Shown: positions 29,045 through 40,233, counted from the stretch's first letter. The stretch: DNA of 64,000 nt from Acidobacteriota bacterium (GCA_049967655.1 JBMFSH010000002.1:32001-96000), one strand, 5' to 3'. The notes: generated from the sequence alone by a model not told the origin. A program made the numbers and translations.

Positions 29045-29150
29045 ACCGTCATCGGGGCAGGAACGCTCTGGGAGCGGGAGCTCCGCCAGAAGCGAAAGGT
29101 CCCCCTCGCTCAGCCCTCGGGTTCTTTCCTCCCAGGCCCCGACCTTGCCG

Positions 29151-30665
29151 CTACTCCACCTTGACGATGGCGTCCGTGTCGATCTGGGCGCGCTGTAGGC
29201 TTCCAGAAAAGTCCACGTAGACGGCCTTCCACTCGGAGAAGAGGTCCAGGGCCTCCTTGCCGCCTTCTCGGTGGCCGTTGCCGGTCTGCTTCACGCCGCC
29301 AAAGGGCAGGTGATTCTCGGCGCCGATGGTGGGGGCGTTGACGTAGAAAAGACCGGTGTGTACGTCGCGCATGGCCGCGAAGGCCTTGTTCACGTCCTGA
29401 GTGTAGATGGCACCCGAGAGACCGTAGGCGCAGTCGTTCTGAAGCGCGATGCCCTCCTCGAAGGTATTGAAGGGCACCACCGAGAGGACCGGACCAAAGA
29501 TCTCCTCCTTGAAGATGCGCATGGACGGCTTCACGTCGGCGAAGATGGTCGGCTCCAGGAAGAAGCCCTTGGCGTAGGACTTGCCTGTGAGCCGCTTCCC
29601 ACCGCAGAGGAGCTTGGCGCCCTCCTTCTTTCCGATGGCAATGTATTCCAGATCGGTGTTGAGCTGGGCCTCATCCACCGCCGGGCCCATCTCCACGCTC
29701 TCGTCCAGGCCGTTGCCGATCTTGAGGGCCTTAGCGCGCTTGACCAGGGCGTCGAGGAACTTCTTGTAGATCCCCTTTTGAACGAGACATCGGCTCGTGG
29801 CCGTGCAGCGCTGTCCGGTGGTGCCGAAGGCGCCCCAGAGCACCCCGTCCACGGCCAGGTCCAGGTTGGCGTCGTCCATAACGATGACGGCGTTCTTCCC
29901 GCCCATCTCCAGACCCACGCGCTTGAAGTCCTTGGCGCAGGCGAGATTGATCTGACGCCCCACGTCGGTGGAGCCCGTGAAGGAGACGAGGGACACGTCG
30001 GGGTGTTCGCAGAGGGGGTTACCCACCTTCCGGCCGGAGCCGGTGACGTAGTTGACCACGCCCTTGGGGAAGCCCACCTCCTCGGCGCCCTTGACGAGGT
30101 TCCAGACGGTCAGCGGTGTGAGGGTGGCCGGTTTGATCACGACCGTGTTTCCGCACACCAGTGCCGGCATCATCTTCCAGGTCGGGATGGCCATGGGAAA
30201 GTTCCAGGGCGTGATGAGGGCGCAGACGCCGATGGGCTGGCGGACCGCCATGGCGAACTTGTTGGGAAGCTCGCTCGGGGTGGTTTCGCCGTACATGCGG
30301 CGTCCCTCGCCTGCCATGAAGAGGGCCATGTCGATGCCCTCCTGCACATCGCCGCGGGTCTCGGTGAGGATCTTCCCCATCTCCCGGGTGGCGTCATGGG
30401 CCAGCCGCTCCTTGTTCTCCTTGAGCCAGAGGCCGAGTTTCATGACCAGCTCGGCGCGCTTGGGCGCGGGCACCAAGCGCCACCTCTGGAAGGCCGCCTT
30501 GGCAGCCGCCACGGCGGCGTTCACGTCGCGCTCGTCGCTGTCCTGAAAGTACCCGATCACATCGTCGGTATCGGCGGGGTTGACGTTCGCGAAGGTCTTC
30601 CGGGTGGCCGAGGCGACCCACTCCCCGTTGATGTAATTTTTATAGACCGTCGGTTTCTTGGCCAT
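29151..30665 (-). CDS. NAD(P)-dependent aldehyde dehydrogenase
   Basis: ITPWNFP, FTGS, LEMGGKN, GQRCTA, EEIFGP and PFGG motifs. Confidence 0.96.
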   Translation of the reverse strand: MAKKPTVYKNYINGEWVASATRKTFANVNPADTDDVIGYFQDSDERDVNAAVAAAKAAFQRWRLVPAPKRAELVMKLGLWLKENKERLAHDATREMGKILTETRGDVQEGIDMALFMAGEGRRMYGETTPSELPNKFAMAVRQPIGVCALITPWNFPMAIPTWKMMPALVCGNTVVIKPATLTPLTVWNLVKGAEEVGFPKGVVNYVTGSGRKVGNPLCEHPDVSLVSFTGSTDVGRQINLACAKDFKRVGLEMGGKNAVIVMDDANLDLAVDGVLWGAFGTTGQRCTATSRCLVQKGIYKKFLDALVKRAKALKIGNGLDESVEMGPAVDEAQLNTDLEYIAIGKKEGAKLLCGGKRLTGKSYAKGFFLEPTIFADVKPSMRIFKEEIFGPVLSVVPFNTFEEGIALQNDCAYGLSGAIYTQDVNKAFAAMRDVHTGLFYVNAPTIGAENHLPFGGVKQTGNGHREGGKEALDLFSEWKAVYVDFSGSLQRAQIDTDAIVKVE

Positions 30666-30847
30666 TTCATGCCTCCTCTTGGGATTGAACGAGCGCCATT
30701 ACGCAGGGGAGAGTCTATCAGCGGGCTTGCGGGGCGTCAAAGTGCCGAGGGGAAGGGGACAAGGGACAGGGGTTAAGGGAAGCAGCGGCAGTAGCCTCCT
30801 CTCGGAATCCCCTCATCCCCTCATTACGAATCCTCCGGCTCCAGAGG

Positions 30848-31576
30848 TCAGCGCGCCTCCAGCGTCTTCAGGGCCTCCTCCACGACCTCGTCCATCGCCT
30901 CCCCGGCCGGAAGCCTCCACGACCTCTGGCAGAGCTGGGAGAGCGGAGTGGCCTCGGGGTTCACCTCCCAGAGCGCGGCGCCGCAGGTTTCGGCCACCCT
31001 CGCTAGGCTCGCGGCGGGCTCCACCACCGCCGAGGTCCCCACGACCAGGAAAAGGGCGCAGTCCTGGGCCGCCGCCACGGACTTCGCCAGGACCTTTTCA
31101 GGAAGAAACTCGCCGAACCAGACCACGCACGGGCGCAGCAGGGCCCCGCAGGATCCGCAGCGTGGCGGCAGAGCGGGAAGGGGCACGGTCCGGTCCTCGG
31201 CCTCCGCGCCGCAGACGGTGCAGCGCAGGCGCCAGAGGCTTCCGTGAAGCTCCAGGACCTCCTGGCTCCCCGCGGCCTGGTGCAGGCCGTCCACGTTCTG
31301 GGTGATGAGGATGAGCCGGGGGCCGAGGCGCCGGCCCAGTTCCGCCAGCGCCCGATGGGCCGCATTGGGTTCGGCGCGCGCGGCCTGGTGCCGACGCGCC
31401 TCGTAGAAGCGCCACACCTTCAGGGGATCCTTGGCGAAAGCCTGGGGGGTGGCCACCGCCTGCACGGGCTCGTTCTCCCAGAGGCCGCCCCTTCCCCGAA
31501 ACGTCCCCAACCCGCTCTCTGCAGAGATCCCGGCGCCGGTCAGAACGACCAGCCGCCTCGCCTCAAGGGCCGCCAT
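30848..31576 (-). CDS. cobB: NAD-dependent protein deacylase (sirtuin)
   Basis: [21 protein letters not shown], two CxxC, VVWFGE and GTSAVV.PAA motifs. Confidence 0.92.
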   Translation of the reverse strand: MAALEARRLVVLTGAGISAESGLGTFRGRGGLWENEPVQAVATPQAFAKDPLKVWRFYEARRHQAARAEPNAAHRALAELGRRLGPRLILITQNVDGLHQAAGSQEVLELHGSLWRLRCTVCGAEAEDRTVPLPALPPRCGSCGALLRPCVVWFGEFLPEKVLAKSVAAAQDCALFLVVGTSAVVEPAASLARVAETCGAALWEVNPEATPLSQLCQRSWRLPAGEAMDEVVEEALKTLEAR

Positions 31577-32189
31577 GCCACGCCTCCCGGATGCGCAGGG
31601 CGCCGATGGGTCCCTCCCGGAGGACCACCGGTTCCTCGCCGGCGGCCGCGACCACCGTGGAGGGCAGGCCTCCCGGCGCCCTCCCGCCGTCCAGCACGAG
31701 GAGAGGGGCCCCCGGAAAGGCGCGAGCCACCGCCTGGGCATCGAGACAGGGCGGCTCACCGCTCAGGTTGGCGCTGGTCACCGCCAAGGGGTCCTCGGCC
31801 TTGGCGAGCAACCGCAGGGCAACGGGATGGTCGGGAACCCTCACGGCCAGCGTGGAGCCTCCGGGAGCGAACCAGGCCGGGCACCTGGGCGGCCTGGGGA
31901 GGACGAGGGTGAGGGGGCCGGGCCAGAAGGCGAGGGCCAGCCGCTCGGCCCCCCGGGAAAAGGGAAAGCCCCAGGCTCGAACCCGGGCCAGGCTGTCCAT
32001 CTGGAGGGGAAGGAGCTTCTCCTGCGGCCTGCCCTTGAGTTCGAAGATCTGCTCCGCGGCCGAAGGCCCGTTCAAGCAGGCCGCCAGGCCGTAGACCGTT
32101 TCCGTCGGAAGAGCCAGCACACCGCCGGCCTTTAGGTGTTTCCAGGCCTCCTCGATCCAGCCCTCGCCCCGGGTCCCTATGGTCCGCAC
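31563..32189 (-). CDS. tsaC: L-threonylcarbamoyladenylate synthase (Sua5/YrdC)
   Basis: PTETVYGL, KGRP, FWPGPLT, VRVP and TSANLSG motifs. Confidence 0.92.
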   Translation of the reverse strand: MRTIGTRGEGWIEEAWKHLKAGGVLALPTETVYGLAACLNGPSAAEQIFELKGRPQEKLLPLQMDSLARVRAWGFPFSRGAERLALAFWPGPLTLVLPRPPRCPAWFAPGGSTLAVRVPDHPVALRLLAKAEDPLAVTSANLSGEPPCLDAQAVARAFPGAPLLVLDGGRAPGGLPSTVVAAAGEEPVVLREGPIGALRIREAWHGGP

Positions 32190-32294
32190 GTCCCACCTCT
32201 GAAGCCCGGGCTCCCACCCGTTGAGCGCGTTCCCGCCGGGCCCATTCCCCCCTCCGTCGCTCCATCTCCCTCTATCCGCTGAAGCGATGAGGCC

Positions 32295-32792
32295 TCAGCG
32301 ATTCGCAGCGCTTCGGTCCTTGGCCAGGATCTCCTCCCGCTTGGCCTCGCGGGACTTCTTGATGGCGGCGCGGAGCTCCGGCCTGGAAAGAGAGAGGATC
32401 TGGGCCGCCAGATGGGCGGCGTTGGCCGAACCGTTGATGGCTACGGTGGCTACCGGCATCCCGGGGGGCATCATCACCGTGGAGAGCAGGGCGTCTTGCC
32501 CGTTCAGGGGGCCGGAGGCCACGGGGATGCCGATCACCGGCAGCGCGGTATGGGCCGCCGCCACTCCCGCCAGGTGGGCCGCCATGCCCGCGGCGGCGAT
32601 GATGACCTCGATGCCCCGCTGCTCGGCCCCTTCAACGTAAGCGGCCGTCTCGTGAGGGGTCCTGTGGGCGGAGAGGATCCTGCACTCGAAGGGAATGGAG
32701 TAACTTTCCAGCGTCTTCAGGCACGCATCGAGGACCGGAAGGTCCGATGCGCTGCCCATGAGCACCGCCACCAGGGGATGCGCCTCGCTCAT
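32295..32792 (-). CDS. purE: N5-CAIR mutase
   Basis: MGSASD, SAHRTP, AAHLAG, PVIGIP and PVATV motifs. Confidence 0.96.
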   Translation of the reverse strand: MSEAHPLVAVLMGSASDLPVLDACLKTLESYSIPFECRILSAHRTPHETAAYVEGAEQRGIEVIIAAAGMAAHLAGVAAAHTALPVIGIPVASGPLNGQDALLSTVMMPPGMPVATVAINGSANAAHLAAQILSLSRPELRAAIKKSREAKREEILAKDRSAANR

Positions 32793-32866
32793 TGTGTCAC
32801 CTCCAAAGAATCATTCTAACAACGGGCCGGCAGCCGAGGAAAGCCGAGGGGGAGGTGGGGCCTCAT

Positions 32867-32983
32867 CGGGCTTTGCCCGTGGGGCGGGGAGGGAATGGCC
32901 CTCCCCGTCCAGGAGACAACGCCTTTCCCCCGTGAACCCGTGCGGTAGCCGAAGGCACCCGCGTTTCCATCGCGGAATTTGGG
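32867..32983. repeat. Second, truncated copy of the MITE-like repeat
   Basis: 112 of 117 nt identical to 23841-23957, same orientation. Confidence 0.9.
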
Positions 32984-33075
32984 ACCCTGGAATGGCTTGA
33001 CCGGTGTTTCGCCACCGTTTTATTATGATGACTTGTCCATTGCATTTCGGAGGTAAAAGGAAAGGAGGCCCGCTC

Positions 33076-35907
33076 ATGGTTCGCAAGTTCGGTACTGCGT
33101 TGGCGGTGGTGGCGGCGTCACTGGTCATTCCCTTTTCCCTGATTGCGCAGACGGTGACCGGGGCCATCTCGGGGCACGTCAAGGACGAAAACGGGCGACC
33201 CATCGCTGGCGCAGTGGTTGAGGTGACCTCCTCCCACCTTCAGGGCGCCCGCTCCATGGCCACGGACGAGAACGGAGACTTTCTCATCGCCTACCTCCCG
33301 CCCGCGCACGACTACGCCATTTCCATCCACGCCGAGGGCTACAGCAAGGTCATCCAGTCCGACGTGCGGGTGGCACTGGGAACCACCACGACCATGCAGG
33401 TGGTTCTCAGCGGAACGGGCACCAGTTTGGAGGTGCGGGCCACCCCCTCCCTGCTCGACCTCAAGGACAGTAAGATCAGCACCGACCTCAGCCAGGAGAC
33501 GCTCCAATCCCTCCCCATCGGCAGGCAGTTCCAGCAGGCCTTCTACCTCGTGCCCAACGTGGTGGATTCGGGCCTGACGCTCGAGCCCGGCAACCCTGGC
33601 GTGGCGGGCTCGACGGCCACCGAGAACGTCTTTGTCGTGGACGGTCTCAACATCACCGACCCCGTGGGCGGCGTGCTCGCCAGCAACTTCAACTACAACT
33701 TCGTGCGGGAGATCCAGGTTACCACCGCGGGCGCCAGCGCCGAATACGGCCCCAGCACGGGTGGTCTGTTCAATATCCTGACCAAGTCGGGGAGCAACGA
33801 GTTCCACGGCGAGGTCTTCGGCTACTACACCAACGAATCCCTGGCCGCAAGTGCCCGGACTCCGGGACTTTCGCTCAACCTCTCCACTCCCCAACCCTTC
33901 CATAACTACGACTACGGGTTCGACCTGGGGGGCCCCATCCTGAAGGATCACGTCTGGTTCTTCGTGGGGTTCAATCCCACCCTCAAGACCCAGCACTTCG
34001 AGGGGCTCTCCGTCGTCCAGAACGTCTACACGGGCCAGACGCACTTCCTCCCCTATCGGTACGACGATCTGAGCAAGGACTGGCTGGGCCTGGCCAAGTT
34101 CACCTTCCGCGCTAGCGGCCGCCACAACTTCGAGCTCAACTTCATCACCGACCCCTCCCACGACTGGCTGAACGAGGGGGCTGGCAATACGGCTTGGCAG
34201 GCCCCCACCGTTCCCAGCGTCCGCTCCGACGCACAGACCACCCGGCGGTACACCAGCGGTTATTCGGTCGGTCTCCGGTGGTTCGCCAATTGGACCGACA
34301 ATTTCTACCAAGAGTCGGAGATCGCCCACATCCACACGGTGGCCGAGATTCTTCCCTGGGACCAGTCGGGCTACGGCGAGCCTCAGATCATCGATAATGA
34401 CTGGGCCCCCGCCGTGAGCGTCGGGAACGGCACGGGCACGCTGTACTGGGACACGCGGGACCGAACGCAGGTCAGCTCCAAGGTGACCTATCTCGTCCAC
34501 CGGAACGAGATCAAATTCGGCTTCGAGTGGGAAGATTTGAAGTGGGACAGCTACAATGGCTACACGGGCGGGGTGCAATATACGGTGCAGGGAGGCTTCC
34601 CCGGGATCAACCCCTTCTCGTCGAACCTGAGGGACTACGCGTACGTCATCGCGAATTCCCTCGAAAACCCACATTCGAAGGATAACGGCCGGTACATCGC
34701 GGGCTTCGCCCAGACCAAGTGGTCGGCCACGGACTACTTCACTCTAGCCGCGGGCCTGCGCTGGGAACACAACGAACTCATACCCAGCAGCGCTCAGAGC
34801 GCCTCGTTCAACTCCTTCTCGCCGCGCGTGGGCCTCTCCTGGGATTTCATGCACAACGGAAAGTCTAAGTTCTACATGAACTGGGGCCGTTACTACGACC
34901 GTCTACCCATCGCGGCCACCTACCTCATGGACCCGGGTCACGAACAGTACACCGACGTCAGGTACCTGGGCCAACTCGTATCGCACTACGTGTTTGGTAC
35001 CACGCCGCTCCGCGTGCTGGGGGGAACCAAAAACCAGTACGATGATGAATTCCTGGTGGGCACGGAGTACGAACCGCTTCCCAACCTTGTGATTGGCTTC
35101 AGCGCACTCTACCGAGACCTGGGCAGGGTCTTGGAGGACGTGGGCTACTACGACAGCCATGGGAACTTCAGCTTCCTCCTCATGAACCCTGGCTCTTATC
35201 AGTGGCCGGCGGTTATGCAGGGCTGGGCGCGGATCCTACCGGACTACGAGCGCTTTCCCAACCCCATCCGCCACTATGCAGGCTACACACTGAACGTGGA
35301 GCGCCGCTTCTCGCACCACTGGTTCCTGAACGCCAGCTACACGCTCTCGTACTTGAAGGGGAACTACGAAGGCGGATCGGGCGGCTACGGCGTGGACGCC
35401 CTGGCCCCCACCATCTCCACGGCCTACGACTTCCCCGAGCACATCCTCAACATGAACCGATACGGCTGGCTGCCCGAAGACGTCCGCAACAACTTCAAGC
35501 TTCAGGCCAGTTACCGCTTCGACTGGGGCCTTCTGCTCGGCGTGAATTTCAACGCCCGGAGTGGGCGCCCCTACGACAAGCTCTACAACTACCCCTTGAG
35601 CGGACCCGGCTACGGGACCATCTTCGCCGCCCCTCGCGGCTCCGATCGTCTGCCTGGCCTATGGCAGCTGGACCTTCACGCCCAGTACGACTTCAAGATC
35701 TGGCGCTCGGCCCTCTCCCTCTTCTTCGACCTCTTTAATGCCACCAACCGGCAAACCGCCCTGACGGTCAATCAGAACTACTACCTGCCGCCCGCCACGC
35801 TCACGCAGGTCTTCTCGGGCCAGCTCGTCAGGGACCCGAACTGGGGAAAATCCACCTCCCTTCAGGCTCCTCGGTCTTTCCAAGTGGGCATGAAGTGGAG
35901 CTTCTGA
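33076..35907 (+). CDS. Oar-like TonB-dependent receptor with an N-terminal carboxypeptidase-regulatory-like domain
   Basis: Signal peptide; G.V.D..G.PI.GA.V; plug motifs N.F.VDGLNITDP and AEYG..TGG..N..TKSGSNEFHG; C-terminal Phe. Confidence 0.9.
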   Translation: MVRKFGTALAVVAASLVIPFSLIAQTVTGAISGHVKDENGRPIAGAVVEVTSSHLQGARSMATDENGDFLIAYLPPAHDYAISIHAEGYSKVIQSDVRVALGTTTTMQVVLSGTGTSLEVRATPSLLDLKDSKISTDLSQETLQSLPIGRQFQQAFYLVPNVVDSGLTLEPGNPGVAGSTATENVFVVDGLNITDPVGGVLASNFNYNFVREIQVTTAGASAEYGPSTGGLFNILTKSGSNEFHGEVFGYYTNESLAASARTPGLSLNLSTPQPFHNYDYGFDLGGPILKDHVWFFVGFNPTLKTQHFEGLSVVQNVYTGQTHFLPYRYDDLSKDWLGLAKFTFRASGRHNFELNFITDPSHDWLNEGAGNTAWQAPTVPSVRSDAQTTRRYTSGYSVGLRWFANWTDNFYQESEIAHIHTVAEILPWDQSGYGEPQIIDNDWAPAVSVGNGTGTLYWDTRDRTQVSSKVTYLVHRNEIKFGFEWEDLKWDSYNGYTGGVQYTVQGGFPGINPFSSNLRDYAYVIANSLENPHSKDNGRYIAGFAQTKWSATDYFTLAAGLRWEHNELIPSSAQSASFNSFSPRVGLSWDFMHNGKSKFYMNWGRYYDRLPIAATYLMDPGHEQYTDVRYLGQLVSHYVFGTTPLRVLGGTKNQYDDEFLVGTEYEPLPNLVIGFSALYRDLGRVLEDVGYYDSHGNFSFLLMNPGSYQWPAVMQGWARILPDYERFPNPIRHYAGYTLNVERRFSHHWFLNASYTLSYLKGNYEGGSGGYGVDALAPTISTAYDFPEHILNMNRYGWLPEDVRNNFKLQASYRFDWGLLLGVNFNARSGRPYDKLYNYPLSGPGYGTIFAAPRGSDRLPGLWQLDLHAQYDFKIWRSALSLFFDLFNATNRQTALTVNQNYYLPPATLTQVFSGQLVRDPNWGKSTSLQAPRSFQVGMKWSF

Positions 35908-36090
35908 TTCTGTCAGGCCACCCGGGAGAGTTAAGGTTCTCCCGGGTGGCAGGCAGAGGCTAGAGCCATAGGAGGATGGGCGGCGGAGAGGTTCCTGCGT
36001 CGAGCCGTTAGGCCTTTGCCGTGGGGTCCCTCGTTCCGCTTGCCCCTTCCTGCGGTTTTCGGGCATACTCCGCTAGAACGGGAGTCGAGG

Positions 36091-36738
36091 GTGGCCGCAG
36101 ACCTCAAGTTCCACTACATCGCCGTGGAAGGACCCATCGGGGTGGGCAAGACGACCCTGGCCCAGGCCCTGTCCAAGAAGCTGGGCGCGACCCTGCTCAT
36201 GGAGGACCTTCAGAACCCCTTCCTGCGGGACTTCTATGCCGGGAGGAAGGGAGCCGCCTTCCAGTGCCAGCTCTTCTTCCTCCTCACCCGCTACCAGCAG
36301 CAGCAACAGTTGGTTCAGCGCAGCCTGTTCGACAGCCGGCTGGTGGCCGATTACGTCCCGAGGAAGGACAAGATCTTCGCCTACAACAACCTGGACGATT
36401 CGGAGCTCATCCTTTACGAGAAGCTCTACGCCCTTCTCATGGCCTCGGTCCCCAAGCCGGACGTGGTCATCTACCTCCAGGCCACCACGCCAGTCCTCTT
36501 GAAGCGCATCCGCGGCCGCAACCGCGATGACGAGAGCAAGATCTCCGACGAGTACGTGGAAGAGCTCAACAAGGCTTACAATTACTTCTTTTTCCACTAC
36601 CAGGAGACTCCCCTCTTGATTGTAAACACCAATGATGTAGATTTTGAGAAGGACCCCTCCGAGCTGGAGCACCTGATCGCTCAGGTGAACCGGCTGGAGA
36701 GTGGGGTTCTCTTTTACGCCCCGCTGGGATCCGCCTAG
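36091..36738 (+). CDS. Deoxynucleoside kinase (dGK/dCK family)
   Basis: IAVEGPIGVGKTTL, NPFL..FY and PKPD..IYL motifs; precedes panB. Confidence 0.9.
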   Translation: MAADLKFHYIAVEGPIGVGKTTLAQALSKKLGATLLMEDLQNPFLRDFYAGRKGAAFQCQLFFLLTRYQQQQQLVQRSLFDSRLVADYVPRKDKIFAYNNLDDSELILYEKLYALLMASVPKPDVVIYLQATTPVLLKRIRGRNRDDESKISDEYVEELNKAYNYFFFHYQETPLLIVNTNDVDFEKDPSELEHLIAQVNRLESGVLFYAPLGSA

Positions 36739-36773
36739 CGGACCTGGACGGGGACGGAAGTCCGTCTTTTTTT
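36711..36773 (+). ncRNA. pan-motif-like hairpin with an overlapping intrinsic terminator upstream of panB
   Basis: Stem 36711-36760 with bulged A36748 and A36754; mutually exclusive with GACGGGGAC-GGAA-GTCCGTC-T7 (36747-36773). Confidence 0.6.
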
Positions 36774-36830
36774 GCTTTCCCTCAAGCCCAGAGGCGTCGA
36801 CCGACGGGATGGGGAGAAAGGAGTCGAACC

Positions 36831-37709
36831 ATGTCGAAGATGCGGCAAGCCCTGCCCCAGGCCATCACGGTTCCCGTCGTCCGTGCGCGCAAGGCGTCCG
36901 GCGAGAAGGTGGTCATGCTCACCGCCTACGACTATCCCTCCGCCAGGATTGCCGAGGACTCCGGCGTGGACGTCTTGCTCGTGGGAGATTCGCTCGGAAT
37001 GGTGGTGCAAGGCCGCTCCGACACGCTCGGCGTGACCCTGGAGCAGATGGTGTATCACTGCACCATGGTGGCCCGGGCTGCCAAGAGGGCGCTCGTAGTG
37101 GCGGACATGCCCTTCCTCACCTACCAGGCCGGCCCCCGCGACGCGCTCATCAATTGCGGGCGCTGCCTCAAGGAGGGCGGCGCCCAGGCCGTGAAGATCG
37201 AAGGAGGCGCGCGGCGCGCGCCCCTCGTCCGCCGCCTCGTGGAGAACGATATCCCCGTCATGGGGCACATCGGTCTCACCCCCCAGTCGCTCCACGCCCT
37301 CGGCGGGTTTAAGGTGCAGGGGCGGACCCTCGAAGCTCAGGAGCAGTTGCTGAAGGATGCCCTGGCCCTGGAGCGCGCAGGGGCCTTCTCCCTCGTGCTC
37401 GAGTGCGTCCCCTCGGAGGTGGCCAGGGAGATCACCTCCGCCGTCCGGATCCCCACCATCGGCATCGGCGCCGGCCCTTACTGCGACGGACAGGTGCTCG
37501 TCTTCCACGACCTGCTCGGGCTCTACGAGGGCCACCTGGCCCGCTTCGTCAGACCCTATGGCGACTTCGGACGTCAGATGCGGGAGGCTCTTTCCCATTT
37601 TGGAGAGGACGTACGGAGCGGCAAGTTCCCCACGGAGGAGGAGGCCTTCCACCTCCAGACCGACAGCACCCACGCCGCGGCAAAGAAGGAGGGCCATGGA
37701 ACTCCTTAA
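36831..37709 (+). CDS. panB: 3-methyl-2-oxobutanoate hydroxymethyltransferase
   Basis: LTAYD, LVGDSLG, VKIEGG, GHIGLTPQS and GQVLVFHD motifs. Confidence 0.97.
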   Translation: MSKMRQALPQAITVPVVRARKASGEKVVMLTAYDYPSARIAEDSGVDVLLVGDSLGMVVQGRSDTLGVTLEQMVYHCTMVARAAKRALVVADMPFLTYQAGPRDALINCGRCLKEGGAQAVKIEGGARRAPLVRRLVENDIPVMGHIGLTPQSLHALGGFKVQGRTLEAQEQLLKDALALERAGAFSLVLECVPSEVAREITSAVRIPTIGIGAGPYCDGQVLVFHDLLGLYEGHLARFVRPYGDFGRQMREALSHFGEDVRSGKFPTEEEAFHLQTDSTHAAAKKEGHGTP

Positions 37710-38544
37710 GACTCCGGCGGAGGCGCGGGCCTTCAGCCGCGGCGCCAAGGCGCGAGGGGAGCGCGTGGCGCTGGTGCCCACCATGGGGTATCTCCACGAG
37801 GGCCACCTCTCCCTGATCCGACTGGCGCGGCAGGGCGCCGAGACCGTCATGGTCTCCCTCTTCGTCAACCCCAGACAGTTCGGCCCCGTTGAAGACCTGG
37901 ACCGCTATCCCCGCGATTTCGAACGGGACCGCGCCCTCTGCGAGCGCGAGGGGGTCAAGGCCCTCTTCGCCCCAGAGGTCTCCGCGGTTTATCCTCCCGG
38001 GTTCTGCACCTCGGTGGAAGTGACGGGGGCCGTCAGCGAGGGTCTGTGCGGAGCGAGCCGGCCCGGGCACTTCCGGGGCGTGGCCACGGTCGTCACCAAG
38101 TTGCTGTGCACCTGCGAGCCTGACCTCGCAGTCTTTGGCCAGAAGGATGCCCAGCAGGCGGCGGTGATCCGGAGGCTGGTTCGTGACCTGGATCTTCCAG
38201 TGGAGCTCCTCGTGGCACCCATCGTGCGGGAGAGCGACGGGCTAGCCATGAGCAGCCGGAACGTCTATCTCTCGCCCGAGGAGCGCGCCCAGGCGTCGGC
38301 CCTCAAGGCCGCGCTGGATGAGGCGTCCGGTCTTTTTGCCCGGGGCGAGCGCCGGGCGGACGTGCTCGCCGGGGCCGCCCGGGCACGGCTGGGGATGGCT
38401 CCCCTGGCCCGGATAGACTACGTCGAGCTCGTGGATGCCGAAAACTTGTCGCCCGTGAAAACCGTCGACCGACCGTCCCTGCTGGCTCTGGCGGTCTTCT
38501 TCGGGACCACCCGGCTCATCGACAACGCCCACCTGATACCCTGA
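37696..38544 (+). CDS. panC: Pantoate--beta-alanine ligase
   Basis: [45 protein letters not shown] and RLIDN motifs. Confidence 0.97.
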   Translation: MELLKTPAEARAFSRGAKARGERVALVPTMGYLHEGHLSLIRLARQGAETVMVSLFVNPRQFGPVEDLDRYPRDFERDRALCEREGVKALFAPEVSAVYPPGFCTSVEVTGAVSEGLCGASRPGHFRGVATVVTKLLCTCEPDLAVFGQKDAQQAAVIRRLVRDLDLPVELLVAPIVRESDGLAMSSRNVYLSPEERAQASALKAALDEASGLFARGERRADVLAGAARARLGMAPLARIDYVELVDAENLSPVKTVDRPSLLALAVFFGTTRLIDNAHLIP

Positions 38545-38560
38545 CGAGAGGGAGCGGAAC

Positions 38561-38944
38561 ATGTTAGTGACGATGTTGAAAGGAAAAGTCCACCGCGCAA
38601 CGGTGACGGACGCCGACCTAGAGTACGAGGGCTCGGTGGCGGTCGACCAGTCCCTGCTGGAAGCCGCTGGCATCTTGCCCTACGAAGCGGTCGACGTGCT
38701 CGACGTAACCAACGGCGCAAGGCTCACCACCTACACGATCGAGGCCCCGCCAGGTTCAGGGACCGTCTGCATCAACGGGGCCGCCGCTCACCTGGTCAAG
38801 AAAGGAGACGTGGTGATCCTTTGCGCGTACGCTCAGATGGACGCCATGGAGGCACGGACCTTCCAGCCCAGGGTCGTCCTCGTGGACGCCGCCAACAAGA
38901 TCAGCAGGGTCTCGCGCTACAAAGCCTCGTCCATCGCCCGGTAG
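38561..38944 (+). CDS. panD: Aspartate 1-decarboxylase
   Basis: KVHRATVT; Gly24-Ser25 autocleavage site; NGARLTTY and INGAAA motifs. Confidence 0.96.
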   Translation: MLVTMLKGKVHRATVTDADLEYEGSVAVDQSLLEAAGILPYEAVDVLDVTNGARLTTYTIEAPPGSGTVCINGAAAHLVKKGDVVILCAYAQMDAMEARTFQPRVVLVDAANKISRVSRYKASSIAR

Positions 38945-38973
38945 CCGCCCACGTTCCGTGGTATCCTTCCGCC

Positions 38974-39492
38974 ATGCGCGTGGCGACGGCGAAGAGATGG
39001 CTCCCGATCCTGGTTCTTCTGGCCTCGGTTGTTTTCGCCCCCTTCCTCTCCCTCGCCTCACCCTCCTACGACCTTTTCCTGAAGAGCGATTACGGACGGG
39101 CCCGCTTCTGGCTCAACACCCAGACCGGCGAATTTCGCTGGGAGGACGAGCCCCACAAGCTGCTCATCGAGGCCAAGGGAACCCTGGCCTTCCCGAATCT
39201 CGGTCCGGTGATCTTCACCTTCTCCGGCGAAGTCCCCGGCTATGATTGGGTGAGCATCTGCCTGAAGCTTTACGGCACCACGGCAACCGGCTATCTGGCC
39301 GCCTTCCCCGAGGGCGAACCGGTTCGGAAGGTCGTGTCGAACATGTACGACCGCGACACGCGGGACGACCTTCCACCCCAGGAGAAACGGGCGAAGAAGG
39401 AGGCGCCGAAGCGCCGCGCCCCGCCCCGCGTCGAGGGACTCAACCCCCACCCGGCTGAGGTCCCGAGCGCCGCATCACCCAAAGTGCCCTGA
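38974..39492 (+). CDS. Hypothetical exported protein
   Basis: Signal-peptide-like N-terminus, beta-rich core, Pro/Lys-rich tail; fills the panD-rph gap. Confidence 0.6.
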   Translation: MRVATAKRWLPILVLLASVVFAPFLSLASPSYDLFLKSDYGRARFWLNTQTGEFRWEDEPHKLLIEAKGTLAFPNLGPVIFTFSGEVPGYDWVSICLKLYGTTATGYLAAFPEGEPVRKVVSNMYDRDTRDDLPPQEKRAKKEAPKRRAPPRVEGLNPHPAEVPSAASPKVP

Positions 39493-39495
39493 GTC

Positions 39496-40233
39496 TCAGA
39501 GGTTGTACACCGATGGATCGAAGGGCAGCGCTTGCCGCTGGAGCGCCAGGAGCTGGTCGATGCCCTGGGCGGCCAGCGCCAGGAGCTGGTCGAGATCGCC
39601 CTTCGAAAAGGGCGCCTGTTCGGCCGTGCCCTGGACCTCAATGAACCGGCCGTCGTCGGTCATGACGACGTTCATGTCCACCTCGGCGATGGAATCCTCG
39701 CTGTACCTGAGATCCAGCACCTTCTCGCCCCTGAGGATGCCGACGCTCACGGCGGCGAGCAGGTGCTTCAAGGGAAACGACTTGATGACCTTGGCCTCCA
39801 CCAGATGGTGAAAGGCCATGGCCACGCTCACCAGAGAGCCGGTGATGGCGGCGCAGCGGGTGCCCCCATCGGCCTGGATGACGTCGCAATCCACCCAGAC
39901 GGTCTTGTCCGGGAAGGTTGCGAAGTCCACCACCGAGCGGAGGGACCGGCCAATGAGGCGCTGGATCTCCTGCGTGCGGCCCGACTGTTTTCCCCTGGAG
40001 GCCTCCCTGGGCGTGCGCTGCTGCGTGGCCGCGGGGAGCATCCCGTACTCGGCCGTGATCCATCCCTGGGCCGTGCCCTTCATGAAGGGCGGCACCTTGT
40101 CCTCCACCGTGGCCGCGCACAAGACCTTGGTATTGCCGAACTCCACCAGGCAGGAGCCCTCGGGGTACTTGAGGAATCCCGGATGAATAGCGACGGGGCG
40201 CAGCTCGCCCGGTTTACGACCGTCCGGTCTCAT
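39496..40233 (-). CDS. rph: Ribonuclease PH
   Basis: [36 protein letters not shown] and EVQGTAE motifs. Confidence 0.97.
   Translation of the reverse strand: MRPDGRKPGELRPVAIHPGFLKYPEGSCLVEFGNTKVLCAATVEDKVPPFMKGTAQGWITAEYGMLPAATQQRTPREASRGKQSGRTQEIQRLIGRSLRSVVDFATFPDKTVWVDCDVIQADGGTRCAAITGSLVSVAMAFHHLVEAKVIKSFPLKHLLAAVSVGILRGEKVLDLRYSEDSIAEVDMNVVMTDDGRFIEVQGTAEQAPFSKGDLDQLLALAAQGIDQLLALQRQALPFDPSVYNL

Noticed and set aside
29585..29600. CRP-like site TGTGA-N6-TCCCA
   Set aside because: It lies deep inside the ALDH coding sequence and is probably a chance match.
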